From: Ginglymostoma cirratum
Taxonomy: Eukaryota
NCBI GenBank assembly: GCA_024137785.1
Contig: JAHRHZ010000021.1
Coordinates: forward strand, 29,957,476 to 30,021,475
Length of the DNA stretch: 64,000 nt
Direction of reading: 5' to 3'
Part shown: positions 1 through 12,539 of the stretch, in pieces
How positions within the stretch are numbered: position 1 is the stretch's first letter
Layout: each line of letters begins with the position of its first letter
Position numbers and translations under genes: made by a program
Notes under the pieces: model-generated
Database searches by the model: none
What the model saw: the letters and a program-made list of their open reading frames with translations, nothing else
What the model was told of the DNA's origin: nothing

Positions 1-240
1 CTGTGCCCTTCTCCAAGAAGACAGAGTTGACCTGGCCTATGTGCATCCAAATTATCCTGATGCCACATCACTAATCTAGATGCTCCAAAGGTCAAAAGTG
101 ACCATTTTAAAATTAAAAGACAATGTCAGCAGTAAAGATAATCCATGGATTCAACATGATCAATACAGATGTTTCACGTATAAACTGAGCATTTTACACA
201 ACCCAAATAATACTCAGGTACTCATACACGTACTCATTAC

Positions 241-333
241 CTGGAGCTGATTGTAGGAATCTTCATATGAAATTTCCTCTGTTTTTCCTTCTTGCAGATG
301 TTCCTCTAACTTTGAATACTTCTCAAACATTTC
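241..333 (-). CDS. CCDC91: CCDC91 coding exon (EMFEKYSKLEEHLQEGKTEEISYEDSYNQLQ); gene continues beyond the window start
   Basis: TGCAG| acceptor and CAG|GTAATG donor, 93 nt, phase 0-0. Aligns to recalled human LMEKHNVLE...ISFQDRYKELQ. Confidence 0.85.
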
Positions 334-504
334 CTGCAATTCATTGAATTAGTTTTAGAAGAATTTAACAATCAAGAACATACAATACAGTTTGCCACAG
401 AAATATGACGCAAAATCAACTTGGGAAAATTAGCTAACCGATATTATCTATCTTCTTAAACTCATGCAAGATCAAGTAGGTGACAAAATGAGCTAGATTT
501 GGCT

Positions 505-1390
505 CTCATAGCCAAGCTGTTCCAGTACAGTTACAACACTGGCATCTACCTGACAATGTGGAAAATTTCCCACATGTCCTGTACATAAGAAGCAGGACAA
601 ATCCAAACCGGTCAATTAACACCCCATCAGTTTACTCTCAATCATCAGTAAAGTGATGGAAGGTGTCATCAACAGTGCTATCTAGCTTGGTTTTCAACAG
701 TGTTACCATCACTGAATCTCCCGCTATCAACATCCTGGGAGTTATCATTGACCAGAAACTCAATTGGACTCACCACATAAACACACCGGTTACAAGAACA
801 GGTCAGAAACTACGAATACTGCAGCAAGTAAACACCTCCTGACTCCTCAAAGCTTGTCCACCATCTACAAGGCACAAGTCAGGAATGATGGAATACTCCC
901 CGCTTGCCTGGATGAGTGCAGCCTCAACAACACTTAAGAAGCTCGACACCATCTGGGACAAAATAGCCAGCTTGATTGGCACTACATGCACGCCATCTAC
1001 CACTGACGCTCAGGAGCAGCAGTGTGTACTACCTGCAAGGTGCACTGCAGAAATTTACCGAAGATCCTCAGACAGCACCTTCCGAACCCAACACCACTTC
1101 CACCTAGAAGGACAAGGGCAGCAAATATATGGGAACACCACCACTGTCAAGTTCCACTTCAAACCACTCCCCATCCTGACTTGGAAATATATCACCATTC
1201 CCTCACAGCTGCTGGGTCAAAATGCTGGAATTCCCTCCCTAATCAAATTGTGGGTCAACCCACAGCAGGTAGACTGCAGCAGTTCAAGAAGGCAGCTCAA
1301 GACCACCTTCTCAAAGGCAACTAGAGACAGGCAATAAGTGCTGGACAGCCAGCGATGCCCACGTCCCACAACTGCATAATTAAAAAAAAA
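505..1390 (+). mobile_element. CR1-like LINE (family A) 3' fragment with internal deletion
   Basis: RT N-terminal motif remnant (N.HPISLLSIISKVME) is joined at ~683 to the C-terminal TIYKAQVRNDGI/EYSPLAW region. 3' tail GGCAATAAGTGCTGG...CCCAC followed by poly(A). Confidence 0.85.
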
Positions 1391-1627
1391 GACACATCTT
1401 TTCTGTTTTCTTTCCTTTATTCTGTTATTTTTGGTGCTAAATTCAGGTTAACACAAAAAAAATCCAGTATGAGTGCTATGTATTCCATTCTGCCGGTGTA
1501 TTTTCATCCAGATATAAAGTGCTGCACTGGGCAAGTTGGCATTAGTATCTGAGCACATTTTTACTGCTGACATTGTTTTTTTAATTTTTAAAGTTTAAAT
1601 TTTGACAATTGGAGCATCTAGATCAGT

Positions 1628-1950
1628 TATCATAGAATCACTACAGTGTGGAAACAGGCCCTTCGGCCCAACAAGTCCACACCGAACCTTGGAGAATCCC
1701 ACCCAGACCCATCCCCCTCTAACCCACCCAACCTACACATCCCTGAACACTACGGACAATTTAGCATGTCCAATCCACTTAACCTACACATCTCTGGACT
1801 GTGGGAGGAAACCGGAGCACCCGAAGGAAACCCACGCAGACACAGGGAGAATGTGCAAACTCCACACAGACAATCGCCCAAGGGTGGAATTGAACCCGGG
1901 TCCCTGGCGCTGTGAGGCAGAAGTGCTAACCACTGAGCCACCGTGCTGCC
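1628..1950 (-). mobile_element. HE1/V-SINE (tRNA-derived, CR1-type tail)
   Basis: Reverse complement has the A-box/B-box head GGCTCAGTGGTTAGCAC...GGTTCAATTCC, the V-domain GTGTGGAGTTTGCACATTCTCCC and the tail GGGCCTGTTTCCACACTGTAG. Confidence 0.9.
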
Positions 1951-2459
1951 CATGTGGCATCAGGATAATTTGAATGTGCATACGCCAAATCAACTCTGTT
2001 CTCTTGGTGAAGGTCATGGTGAATGACTTGAACTGCTAAACGTATTGACTTTTTAGTAAGGAGATTAAGTATTCAATTATGATATATTCCTTAATACCAA
2101 TACTAGTCAATAACAAAATTATTGGCTTAATCTGATTAGAAACTCATTCAATGCCTATTTACTTTGCAGGCAGTCAGCAAATTTGAATGGTGTTTGTGTC
2201 CAACATCAGCAACTGGGCAAACTCACCAAAATATTACAAGAGAGAATAGAAATTCTGAACGTGATTACACCTGACACAGATTGACAAGAACCTTCTTGTT
2301 TAGGTTGTCTACGTTTGCATTTCCATTACTAGCTGAATTACAGAAAGAATATAATTTGTAGTTGAGGTAGAAAGTAGTTGAGGTCATTCTGCTCACATCA
2401 TTAATGGTTATGAATAGTGGTGATGTTTTGGCCATCATGATTAGGAAAAATAACACGAG

Positions 2460-3945
2460 ATTATTTAGAATGATGTGAACAAGGAACCAAGGTAGGCAAC
2501 TCAGCCCTTCAAGTCTGCTCTGCCATTTAATAAGACCTGATCTGATTTTAACCTCACCTCTGCATTCCTGCATAATTACAATAATCTTTCATCTCCTTGA
2601 AAATCAAGATTCTATCTACTCTTGCCTTAAAAAGATTGAAAGAGTCTGTATTAATTGTTCTTTGAAGGGAATCCAAAGACACTCAACCCTTCAAGAGAAT
2701 TTCTTTTCTTCATCTCTCTTAAATGGCAACCACTTATTTTTAAACTGTGACCCGCTAGTTCGAGATTCTCCCACATGAATAGGCAGTCAAGTCCCCTCAG
2801 GATCTTACATGCTTCAATTAAGTCAGCTCTGACTGTTCTTAACATCAGAGGACTCAGGACTAGCCTGTCTCATCTTTCCACATAAGGTAATCTGCTCATT
2901 GCAGATATTAGTCCAGTAAACCTTCACTGAACTGCTTCCAATGCATTAACATCCTTCCATAAGTAGTGACCAGTTCTATACACAGTATTCCACATGTGAT
3001 CTCACTGATACCCTCTATAACTGAAGCATAACCTCCCCAGTCTTGCACTCAATTCCTCTTGCAATAAAACTTGATCCTTTTAGCTTTCTTAATTACTTGC
3101 AATACTAGCTATTCATACTAAACCATCCATGCGCTAGGACACCCAAAGCTCTCTGCATCTCAGAACTCTGGAGCTTCTCACCATTTAGACAACACATTTC
3201 TTTTTTATTCTTTCTATCAAGATGGATAATGTCACACTTTCCCATATTGTACTCCATTTGCCAGATCTTTGCGCACTGACAACTTATCTTTAAGCTCATT
3301 AATTTCTCTTCACAACCTACTTTCATACCGATTCTTCGTCATTAGCATATTTAGCTACGGTACCTTTGGCCCCTTCACCCAAATCATTTATGTAAATTAT
3401 AAGAGTTGAGGCCAGAACACTGACCCCTGAGGCACACCACTCATGATAACCAACCTAAACAAAGACCCACTTTTTCTACACTCTGCTTCATGTTAGCCAG
3501 CCAATCTTCTATCCGTACCAATATGTCATCCCCAACACCATGAGTTTTTATTTTTCACAATAACCTTTGATGTGGCACCTTATCAAATGCTTTTTGGAAA
3601 TCTGAGTACAATACATCCAGTGGTTTCTCTTTAATCACAGGCCAAGTTACTTCACTTCCCTTTGACAAAATCATGTTGGCTGTATCCGATTACCTTGAAT
3701 TTATTGAAGATATTATAACAAGGCACTTTGATAATACCTTCCAATATTTACCCTATGATAGATGTGAAGTTAACTGGCCTGTAGTTACATGTTTTCTGCC
3801 TCTCTTCCTTTTTTAGCTATTTTCCAATCTAAGTGAACCTTCCCAGAATCTAATGACTTTTAGAAAATTAAAACCAAAGCATCAACTATCTCACAAGCTA
3901 TTTCTTTCAAGACCCTAGGATGAAATACATCAGAACTCAGCGATT
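2460..3945 (-). mobile_element. CR1/HER1-like LINE (family B), decayed RT and 3' end
   Basis: Minus-strand remnants of [20 protein letters not shown] and WQMEYNMGKC, plus the 3' tail GGCAGAGCAGACTTGAAGGGCTGA. Confidence 0.85.
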
Positions 3946-4115
3946 CCTGATAATTGGAATTTTCTTGAGCTCGTCCCTCCTTTTCAATCAGACAGGAACT
4001 GCAGAACCAGACCACTCTGAAGTAGTGATGACATGGAGGAGCTGTTGTTGGACTGGGATGGACAAGGTCAAATATCACACGACACCAGGTTATAGTCCCA
4101 ACAGGTTTACTTGAA

Positions 4116-4154
4116 GACACAAGTTTTCGGAGTCTTACTCCTTCTTCAGGTGTC
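4116..4154 (-). ncRNA. Minimal type I hammerhead ribozyme motif in a PLE terminal repeat
   Basis: GACAC-CUGAAGA-A-GGAG/uaaga/CUCC-GAAA-ACUU-GUGUC: intact core boxes, 5-bp helix I, 4-bp helix II, vestigial helix III. Confidence 0.65.
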
Positions 4155-4549
4155 AGTGAGAGAGGTGACATCGGACACAGAATTTATAAGCAAAAGATCA
4201 AAGGATCATAGAGCTGATGCAGTGTTGAACAAACCTAAGACGGCTATTAAATCTTCAATCAGTTAGAAAGGATTAATACACAAATTTCCAAATTTCTTTC
4301 AAGTCACTGCCCTGAGATAACTAAAGGTTTTATAAGTTCCCTCAGTATACCAGAGGTGACCATCCCAGGTCAGACAATGCACTTTAGGTATGAGACCTTG
4401 TTTAGAATCTGGCTGTGTATCAACTTGGAGTCAGACTGGTTTTATTGCCAAAGTAGGAATTTATAAAATGCCACATTAACTGTCTACAAATTGTGTGCTT
4501 TTTGAACAAAATAGAATGGATCTGTAATTGAGAAAGGGGGTGTGGGAGA

Positions 4550-4706
4550 NNNNNNNNNNNNNNNNNNNNNNNNNNNNNNNNNNNNNNNNNNNNNNNNNNN
4601 NNNNNNNNNNNNNNNNNNNNNNNNNNNNNNNNNNNNNNNNNNNNNNNNNNNNNNNNNNNNNNNNNNNNNNNNNNNNNNNNNNNNNNNNNNNNNNNNNNNN
4701 NNNNNG
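4550..4706. other. Assembly gap (other gaps: 17896-17905, 32206-32606, 34940-34949)
   Basis: Runs of N. Confidence 1.
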
Positions 4707-5631
4707 GTCATGCTACATGTACCCAAGATCCCGGTTGAGGCCGTCCTCTTGGGTACCGAACTTGGCTATCAGCCTCTGCTCAGCGACTCTGCGTTGTTGC
4801 TTATCCCAAAGTCCACCTTGGAGGACGTTTACCCAAAGATCCGAGTCCGAATGTCCTAGACCTCGGAGGTGAACCCCGCTGGGACGGAACACCCCTATCT
4901 GGCAACTGTTGTGCGGTGCCCAGTCCTCCGTTGTCATAGCGTTATTTCACCAATATACCATGCCTCGGGGCATCCTTGCCGGCAGCATATGAGATTGACA
5001 ATGCTGGCCGAGTCACATGAGTATCTGCCGTGCACGTCGTGGGTCATGGTAGTGTTCATGTCAATGATCTGACATGTCTGAAGTAGAGGTAGGATTACGC
5101 ACATCGATAAACTCAGCCAGAAAGCACAGCCACACCCTTGAAGTTCGGCAAATGACCATAAAAACAATATAATTTCCTTTTGCTGAGTTGCCAATTTCTC
5201 TTGTTTGGATTTTACAAACTTGGTGGTCAGGGAAGCTTTTCTTCTCCCCTCAGAGAAAAACCACACTTTTGTCTCAACAGTAGATAAATAGAAAAAAATC
5301 AGAACAGCATTCCATTAGGTGAATGGAACACAAATTTTAACTTTGTGTGGCCCCTGAAACTCCAAGGCATTTGCCTAAACAAAGACAAATGTCTGGACAG
5401 CCCTGCTGTGTTGAGTCTGACACAGCAAAGTTAAATTTATATTAACTGAGTGAAGGACTGCAATTTGCTCATGACTAGTATTACAGGACAGGGCACATCT
5501 GAGAAAAGACTTTAAAAATTAAAATGCAAGTTTTAGATCAGAGTGATTTTGCATTCTGCTTCTAAATCTGTCACAACACTGGTGGGAACAGTATGCTCAA
5601 TATTAAGCCTCCCTCTATTCCATGGAAATAG

Positions 5632-5870
5632 AACAAAGAATTGCAGATGCTGCAAATTTGAAACAAAAGCAGGAATTGCTGGAGAAACTCAGCAGTTCTG
5701 GTAGCACCTGTGAAGAGAAAGCACAGTTAATGTTTTAAGTCCAGTGACCCTTCTTCAGAGCTCAAACCGATCCTGAAGAGGAGTCACTGGATTCAAAACA
5801 GTTAAACCTGATTTCTCTACAAAGATGCTGCCAGACCTGCTGAATATCTCCAATAATTTCTGTTTTTGTC
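5632..5870. mobile_element. Palindromic (tail-to-tail) Penelope terminal-repeat element, decayed
   Basis: Arms of ~110 bp are reverse-complementary around CCCTTCTTCAG...CTGAAGAGGAG. Hammerhead boxes are eroded. Confidence 0.75.
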
Positions 5871-5929
5871 CATCTATCCTATGAGTCACCACTCAGGTGC
5901 AACATGACCAATTTAAACTCTAGTTTGGT

Positions 5930-7680
5930 TCATGCCCGACTCTGCCACTATCTTTTCTTTTGTTTACAACATCAGGCAAATCTCAAAATTAGGTATCAAC
6001 AGGACAACTTGCATGCCGAACAGCATAAGCAGCAAGCGATAGACACAGCTCAGCAATCCCATAATCAAGGAATCAGATCTAATCTCTGCAGTCCTGCCAC
6101 ATTCATTCAGGAATGACAGTGTACATTAAAAGTCTCACTGGAAGAGGAGGCTCCACAGTTATCTCCATCCTCAATGATGGGCGAGCCTAACACAACAGTG
6201 ACAAAGATTAGGCTGAAGCATTTGCAGCAATCTTCCGCCAGAAATGCAAAGTGGATTATCCATTTTAGGATCCTACAGTCATCCCCAGCATTACAGATGC
6301 CAATCTCCAACCAATCCAATTATTTCCACATGATGTCAAGAACTGCTGAAAGCATAGGATACTGCAAAGATTACAGGCCCTAATAACATTCCGGCAATAG
6401 TACAGAACACCTGTGCTCCAGAACTTTCCACTACATTAGTCAACCTCTTTCAGTACAGTTACAACATTGGGGTCTACTCAACATTGTGGAAAATTACCCA
6501 GGTAAATCCAGTAAGTCCAACTCAGCCAATTACCATCCCATCAGTCAACTTTTGATCATCAGTGATGGAATATATATTCAATAATGCTATCAAGCAGCAC
6601 CTGCTCAGCAATAACCTGCTCAGTGACACCCACTTTGGATTCTGCCAGGGTCACTCCACTCCTGATCTCAGTACAGATTTGATTCAAACACTTTCAATGA
6701 AGCTTAATTCCAGAGGTGAGGCAAGACTGACAGCCCTCGACATCAAAACCACATTTGACTGTGTGTGGCATCAAGAAGTCCTAGGAAAACTGGAATCATG
6801 GAAATCAGGGGGGTAATTTTCCACTGGTTGGAGTCATTCCTGGCATATAGGAAGATATTTGTGGTTACTAGAGGTCAGTCATTTCAGCTCCAGGATATCT
6901 CAGGGTAGTATCCTAGCTACAAACATCTTTAACTTCTTCATCAATGACATTCCCTTCACCATAAGGTCATAAGTGAGGTTTCGCCAATGATTGCACAATC
7001 TTCAGCACCATTCATGACTCCTCAAGTACCAAAGCAATCCATGTTCAAATGCAACAAGATCTGGATAATATCCAGGCTTAGGCCAACAAGTGGCAAGTAA
7101 CATTTGCACCACTCAAAATGTCAAGCAATGACAATCTCCAATAAGAGTCAAGGTAACCACAGTCTCTTAACATTCAATGGCATTACCATCACTGAATCCC
7201 TCACTATCAATATCTTGAAGATCACCATTGGCCAGAAATTCAACATAACTCGCCATATAAATAAAGTGGCAACAAGAGCAGGTCAGAGGCTAGGAATACA
7301 GCAAGATGTAACTTACCTCCTGACTTCCCAAAGTCTGTCCACTATCCACAAGGCACAAGTATGGAGTGTGATGGAACAGTTCCCTCTTGCCTGGATTGGT
7401 GCAGTTCCAAAAACACTCAAGAAGCCTGATACCATCTAGGAAAAAGCAACTAACTTGATTGGCATCACAACCACTCCCTCCACCACTGACACTCAGTAGC
7501 AACAATGTGTACTAGTCTAATAAGATGCACTGCAGAAATCCACCAAGGTTCCTCAGACAGTATCTTCCAAACCCACAACCACTTCCATCTATAAAGGACA
7601 AAACCAACAAACACATGGGAACACTACCACTTGCAATTTTCCTTCCAAGCCACTCATCATCCCAACAAGGAAATACATCA
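5930..7680 (+). mobile_element. CR1-like LINE (family A) ORF2 remnant
   Basis: RT motifs (HFGFCQGHSTPDL, ALDIKTTFDCVWH, QGSIL) with stops and frameshifts. Same family as 505-1390. Confidence 0.85.
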
Positions 7681-7769
7681 ATACTGAAAATATATTCCCT
7701 TTAAATGTGGACTATTTTTGAAACCAATGACCATCGTGATAAAATCCATTTTTTTCTATATTCATTTAT

Positions 7770-8715
7770 GCTGTGGAAGCTAGCAGCCTGGTAGGTTATG
7801 GCATTTAAGGCACAAGATGTTTCCGTGTTGGTTACATTTGATGCAACCTGTGAACAACTGCAGGGTTTGTTGCAACTTTTTCAGCAGGTCACTCAAATCA
7901 GTTTAAAGGTCAGTGAATTGCAATTTAAAGGTCTATCAGTTTTAGTCAGTGAGTCAACCAGGATTCAGGGAAGAGGTTCCATCCAGAAAAAGTTCTATGT
8001 TTAGTTAACTCAACGAAGCCCACGAGGAGCTGTTTGGCAGCTTCACACTGATGAGCAGTCAGTCACTTCGGCAAGTCTTAGTATACTTATCAGCTTAGTG
8101 AACTTGAAAGGAAGCAGTCGGCTAGAGAATTGGTGGTTCAGCAAGGAAATGCTAGAAAGCAGCAGCAGCTTGTGAAAGCCAGCTGTTGGCAAAACTGCTG
8201 AAATAGTGTCAGTAATTGATGTTTATCAGCAGTGTCAGAAAACCCAGGGAAGCTGTTTTCTAAAGCTAGGATTTAACTACTAGGAATTGAGCAGTTGTTG
8301 AAGCAGTCTGGGTTGGAACAATTTGAAGAAGTTTAGAGGTTAGATCTTTAGAAATGAACAATTTATGCCCATTGGGAAATGTTTTAACAAGGTTTGGAGT
8401 CCCACAGTGTAAATAACAGCTGGATGAGCCATACAAAATCGTGGGATCTAACTTGACAGTTCCCACAATGTAATGTGCTCTGCGGAGTGTTCAACCATCG
8501 CCTGTCACTTCTGTGTCTCTGTGTCTCCATGTGTGCGTGTGTGAGAGTGTGAGTGAGTGTGTATGAGAGTGTGTGAGAGAGAGTGAGAGAGTGAGAGAGA
8601 GAGAGAGAGAGATATGTATCTGGTACTTCAAAATGTTGTCTACTTTTAGAAAAGTTGTTACTGGTCCTGAATCATTTTGTTAAATAAATGTAGCTACGTT
8701 ATCTGGCATCATAAA
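7770..8715 (+). mobile_element. Possible solo LTR containing a (GT)n/(GA)n microsatellite (8520-8612)
   Basis: Composition and an AATAAA near the 3' end resemble shark LTRs. No coding motif; termini not clearly defined. Confidence 0.3.
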
Positions 8716-8761
8716 ACTATGAAACACAATGTACACACTTCTCGATAGTATAACAGTATAC

Positions 8762-8968
8762 CTCTTTTATTCTGAGCTCCTTTTCATCTGCAGTAGAAAG
8801 CTTTGCTTCGATATTTTCTAATGTTTCTTTGCAGCATGTTTCCACTTTGTCTGTTTCTACAGCCACCATGTGACCTGCAAGAACATCCACAGATTGTGGA
8901 TCTCTTTTCTCGGGTAAGCTTGTCAATGCAGGTAAAACGTTCAATGATGGTTGGGACATTTGCTGAAC
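8762..8968 (-). CDS. CCDC91: CCDC91 coding exon (VQQMSQPSL...LENIEAKLSTADEKELRIKE), start of the coiled coil
   Basis: TACAG| acceptor and |GTATAC donor, 207 nt, phase 0-0. Ends align to recalled human IQQ...LEIKLKVSEEEKQRIKQ. Confidence 0.85.
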
Positions 8969-9587
8969 CTGTATTTTCAATAGTAAACATTTTAATGTTT
9001 TGATTTGAATTCTACAACATAAAGAAACAACTAAAATAAAACAGTAAAAATGGCTCATTAAGCATCCTTGGAACAATCAACTTGTAGCTCTAAACTTCCT
9101 CCTGCAATGCTGTAACATTCCACATACAGATTTAGCAACACGGAACTCAAACAGCAGGCACAAAATGTTTAACATTAGCGTCAATTGCTGAACTGAATGA
9201 AACCCAAAAGGGAGGAAGATTTTAAATGTTGACGAGAAGCTGATGAAACTGTAGTTCTGCATTATATATGTATCGATAACTTTTTTGATACGTGCAGTGT
9301 CAAAAGGTTTTTTGTAACTAAAGTCTTCCAGTAATGATTATAAAAGTATTATATTACATTAATTTTCCGTATATGAATGTATCTTTTCAACCATTATTTT
9401 TGAACAGCTACAATTAAATTTGGAGTATTTCCTGCTTAATGAAAGGAAAAGATCCTGGAATGGCACTCTTAATGAAGAGCATGCAAAAGATTTACTGTAC
9501 TTAATACACGTAATACACATAGATTTTTCCTCAGAACTATCATTGCTCCTTTAAGTGCTTCAGATTAAACTGTTGGATTACAAAATG

Positions 9588-9920
9588 GCAGCAGGGTGGC
9601 ACAGTGGTTAGCACTGCTGCCTCACAGCACCAGGGACCTGGGTTCAATTCCACCCTTGGGCGACTGTCTCTGTGGAGTTTGCACATTGTCCCCGTGTCTG
9701 CGTGGGTTTCCTCCGGGTGCTCCAGTTTCTTCCTACAGCCCAAAGATGTGCAGGCTAGGTGGACTGGCCATCCTAAATTGCCCATAGTTTTCAGGGATGT
9801 TTGGGTTAGACATGGGGAAATGCAGGAGTAGGGGAATGAGTCAGGGTGGGATGCTCTTCAGAGGGGCAGTGTGGACTTGTTGGGCCAAATGGTCCGTTTC
9901 CACCATGTAGGGATTCTATA
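9588..9920 (+). mobile_element. HE1/V-SINE
   Basis: A/B boxes, V-domain and a CR1-type tail ending GGGATTCTAT. Confidence 0.9.
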
Positions 9921-10514
9921 AAAAGAAATGTCACCACAAAGTACTGCATCCCTGATCCAAAGTAAATCATAATAGTGCATTAAGTTGGAGAATGATAGTT
10001 CTTAATCTCAACCAGGCCACTTGAGGAAAGAAATCCAATCAAACTTCTCCATACAATTCAGGAAACTTTTTCAACATTCGTGCGAAAAATGAGTGCCAAG
10101 CACCTCACCCGTCAAGAAAAACTAGACAACTTCCAACTATTTCTTGAATTAATCCATAGCTTTTACTTTCACTGGCATATTCAATTGTCCAAGTGTATGA
10201 CTATTTTTGTATGAAGGTGAACCTTTTGATATCACATCTGAACAAGTCTGCAAAAGTTTAACCTGAAATTCTTTGGTCCCAAAAACTTGTAATAACTTCA
10301 ATTACCTTTTCTTTAGAGCTCACTATTTCCCGAAGATCTTCCCCAATAATTTATTCTCAAGAGCAAGTGGCTCAAATTTCTCTAATCTCCCTTATAACTC
10401 ATCTGATGGTAGAAATCAGCCTCTGCGCCACTTCTATACCTTCAATGCTTAAGTCTCAGACAATTAGAATCAATCATAGCACATAATTGCACTAACAATC
10501 TTCCATCTCTTAAG

Positions 10515-10662
10515 ATCTGATGGGTACATGAATAGGAAGAGTTTAGAGGAATTTGAGGAATGCTGGCAAATGGGACTAGATTAATTGAAGATATCTGGTT
10601 GGCATGGACAAGTTGGACCGAAGGGGCTGGTTCCATGCTGTACATCTCTATGACGCTATGAT
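10515..10662 (+). mobile_element. CR1/HER1 3' end fragment
   Basis: GATGGGTACATGAATAGGAAG...GGCATGGACAAGTTGGACCGAAGGG...CTATGA tail. Confidence 0.8.
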
Positions 10663-10664
10663 GA

Positions 10665-11100
10665 TTTGTTCCATGGCAATCAACTCTGTTCAGTGTTGCC
10701 AGTATGAGTCAGAAGCCCTGACACTGGCATGGATGCCTCTGCCACATTTGCTGTAGATGACAACAGTGAGCTGAAAAGGTATACAATCAATTGACCTTTC
10801 TCCTCAGCCAACTAAGCTCTTAATTTATTTGTGCCCTTTCCGAAGGGTCTGTCATCATCTCTCAACTTTCAATGTCAACATTCATCATCTTACTACATCC
10901 CTTGCAGATGCCTTTGTAGTGAGGGTATATATGCATAAACAGTTGTTAGCAGTAAGCAGTGCACCATACAAAGGCCTTTGGGTATAGGGTCAGAATGCTA
11001 TAAGACCTTTCAATTGATGACCTTGCCCTGAGAAATCCCAAGGATACATCCAAGCCTGACAAGTTGGAAATTGTTCAGCATTTTCTCTTACCAGGTATAT
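10665..11100 (-). mobile_element. RTE-clade (BovB-like) LINE, C-terminal fragment
   Basis: Minus-strand remnants of the P.L.YKxxCKRD motif and the C-terminal (C)SKCGRGIHAS zinc-finger-like motif typical of RTE ORFs. Confidence 0.6.
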
Positions 11101-12115
11101 GTTGATAAGGTCATTGGCAGACATTTAAAAAGATATGCACTTCCATCCAACTAAAATACATTCCAGGAAGAAAGAAAGATTGTAAGAAGGGGATAAAGCA
11201 TCTATGGCTAAGCAACAAAGTTAAAGATAACACAGAGGCAAAAACTAAGACATAGTATTTTGCAAAAGTCAGTGGCAGGCTGGAGGATTGGGAAACTTCT
11301 AAAGACCAACAGAGTTTCTAAAAAGATGTAATAAAAAGAGCAAAGGTTAATTATGAAAGAAAATTAGCACAAAACATAAAAATGGATAGCAAAAGCTTCT
11401 ATAAGAATATAAAAAGGAAAATAGTAGCTAAAATGGATGTTGGTCCCTGAGAAGATGAGACTGGGGAGTTAGTAATGGTGAACACAGAAATGGCAAAGAC
11501 ACCAAGCATTATTTTGCCTCAGTTTTCATGGTGGAGAACACAGAAATCAGCCCAATAGTAAAGGCAATGCAGAGATTATGGAAAAAGAGGAATTTAAAAC
11601 AATCGTCATCACTTGGGAAAAAGTACTGAGTAAACTTTTGAGATTAAAAGCAGACAAGTCCTCAGAGCCTGATTGTCTGTATCATAGGATCTTGAAGGAA
11701 AACAGCAGTAAAGGCAGTAGATGCACTGGTTAGAACATTTCTGGAAACTAGGCAGTCTTGAAAAGTTCCAAAAAATTGGAAAAATGCAACTCTTTAAGGG
11801 GCTGTCATAGGGTTCAGTCCTCGGTTCAAATTATTTGGGTGTAGGAATAGAACACACTGTAGCCAAATTTGTAGCTGAAACTAAAAAGGTAGGAAAGTGG
11901 GGTGCAATGAAGAAAGAAGAAATTTACAAATGGTTATGAAGAGGTGGGCAGAATAGGCCAAAGTTTGGCAGAAAGGGATAAAAGTGAGAGTGTATCCATT
12001 TTTGTCAGAGGAATTAAAAAGCATTATCCAAATGGACAGAGACTTCAAAAGTGCAGAAGGATCTGGGTGTCTTCATGCCTGAATTGCAGAAAGCAAGTAT
12101 GCAGGTATAACAGGT
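11100..12115 (+). mobile_element. CR1 (family B) ORF2 fragment nested in the RTE element
   Basis: Remnants resembling PWLSNKVKD, KSFYKNIKRK and LKADKSSEPDCLYHRILKE. Confidence 0.75.
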
Positions 12116-12535
12116 ACATTTTGTTATTCTCTCATGGGATGAGCATTATTGGCTGGCCAGCATTTGTTGCCCTTCAAGGCGGTGAGCTACCACATTGAAC
12201 CCCTCCAATACATGTGCTGCAGATGAGCCCACAGTGCTAATAGGGAAGGGATTCCAGGATTTTGATCCAGCAACCAGCTTAGAGATAAACTTGCAGGTTG
12301 TGATGTTCCCATGTATCTGTTGCCCATGTTCATCTAGATATAAGTGCTGGTGGGTTTGGAGGGTATTGTCTAAGGATCTTTGGCAAATTTCTGCCGTACA
12401 TGTTTTAGGTAGTGAGCAGTGCTGCTACAGATCGTCAGCAGTCGAGTGAGTGGATGTTTGTGGATGTGGTGGCATGCAAGTGGGTTGGTTTGTCCTGGAT
12501 GGTGACAAGCTTGAGCGTTGTTGAATCTGCAGTCT
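12115..12535 (-). mobile_element. CR1-like family A 3' end
   Basis: Reverse complement of the family A tail (GCTGGCCAGCATTTGTTGCCC on +). Confidence 0.75.
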
Positions 12536-12539
12536 TTCA

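Larger units (their letters stand above)
4025..5080 (-). mobile_element. Penelope-like element 3' portion (GIY-YIG endonuclease remnant plus terminal repeat); contains an assembly gap
   Basis: Minus-strand translations YSCDSASIVNLICCRQGCPEAWYIGE and RRVAEQRLIAKFGTQEDGLNRDLG (GIY-YIG). Hammerhead core in the terminal repeat. Confidence 0.85.

Noticed and set aside
2271-2332. Exon-like segment in CCDC91 intron 5
   Set aside because: Weak donor (GTGTAA), 62 nt long with an in-frame stop in the required phase 0, and no similarity to CCDC91.
8969-9011. Alternative upstream acceptor (TTGTAG at 9012-9013) for the 8762-8968 exon
   Set aside because: It adds 43 nt and breaks the phase-0 frame; the 8968 start matches the orthologous boundary.
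9588-9660. tRNA-like A/B boxes (also in the other SINE heads)
   Set aside because: These are V-SINE heads, not tRNA genes; they continue into SINE body and tail.
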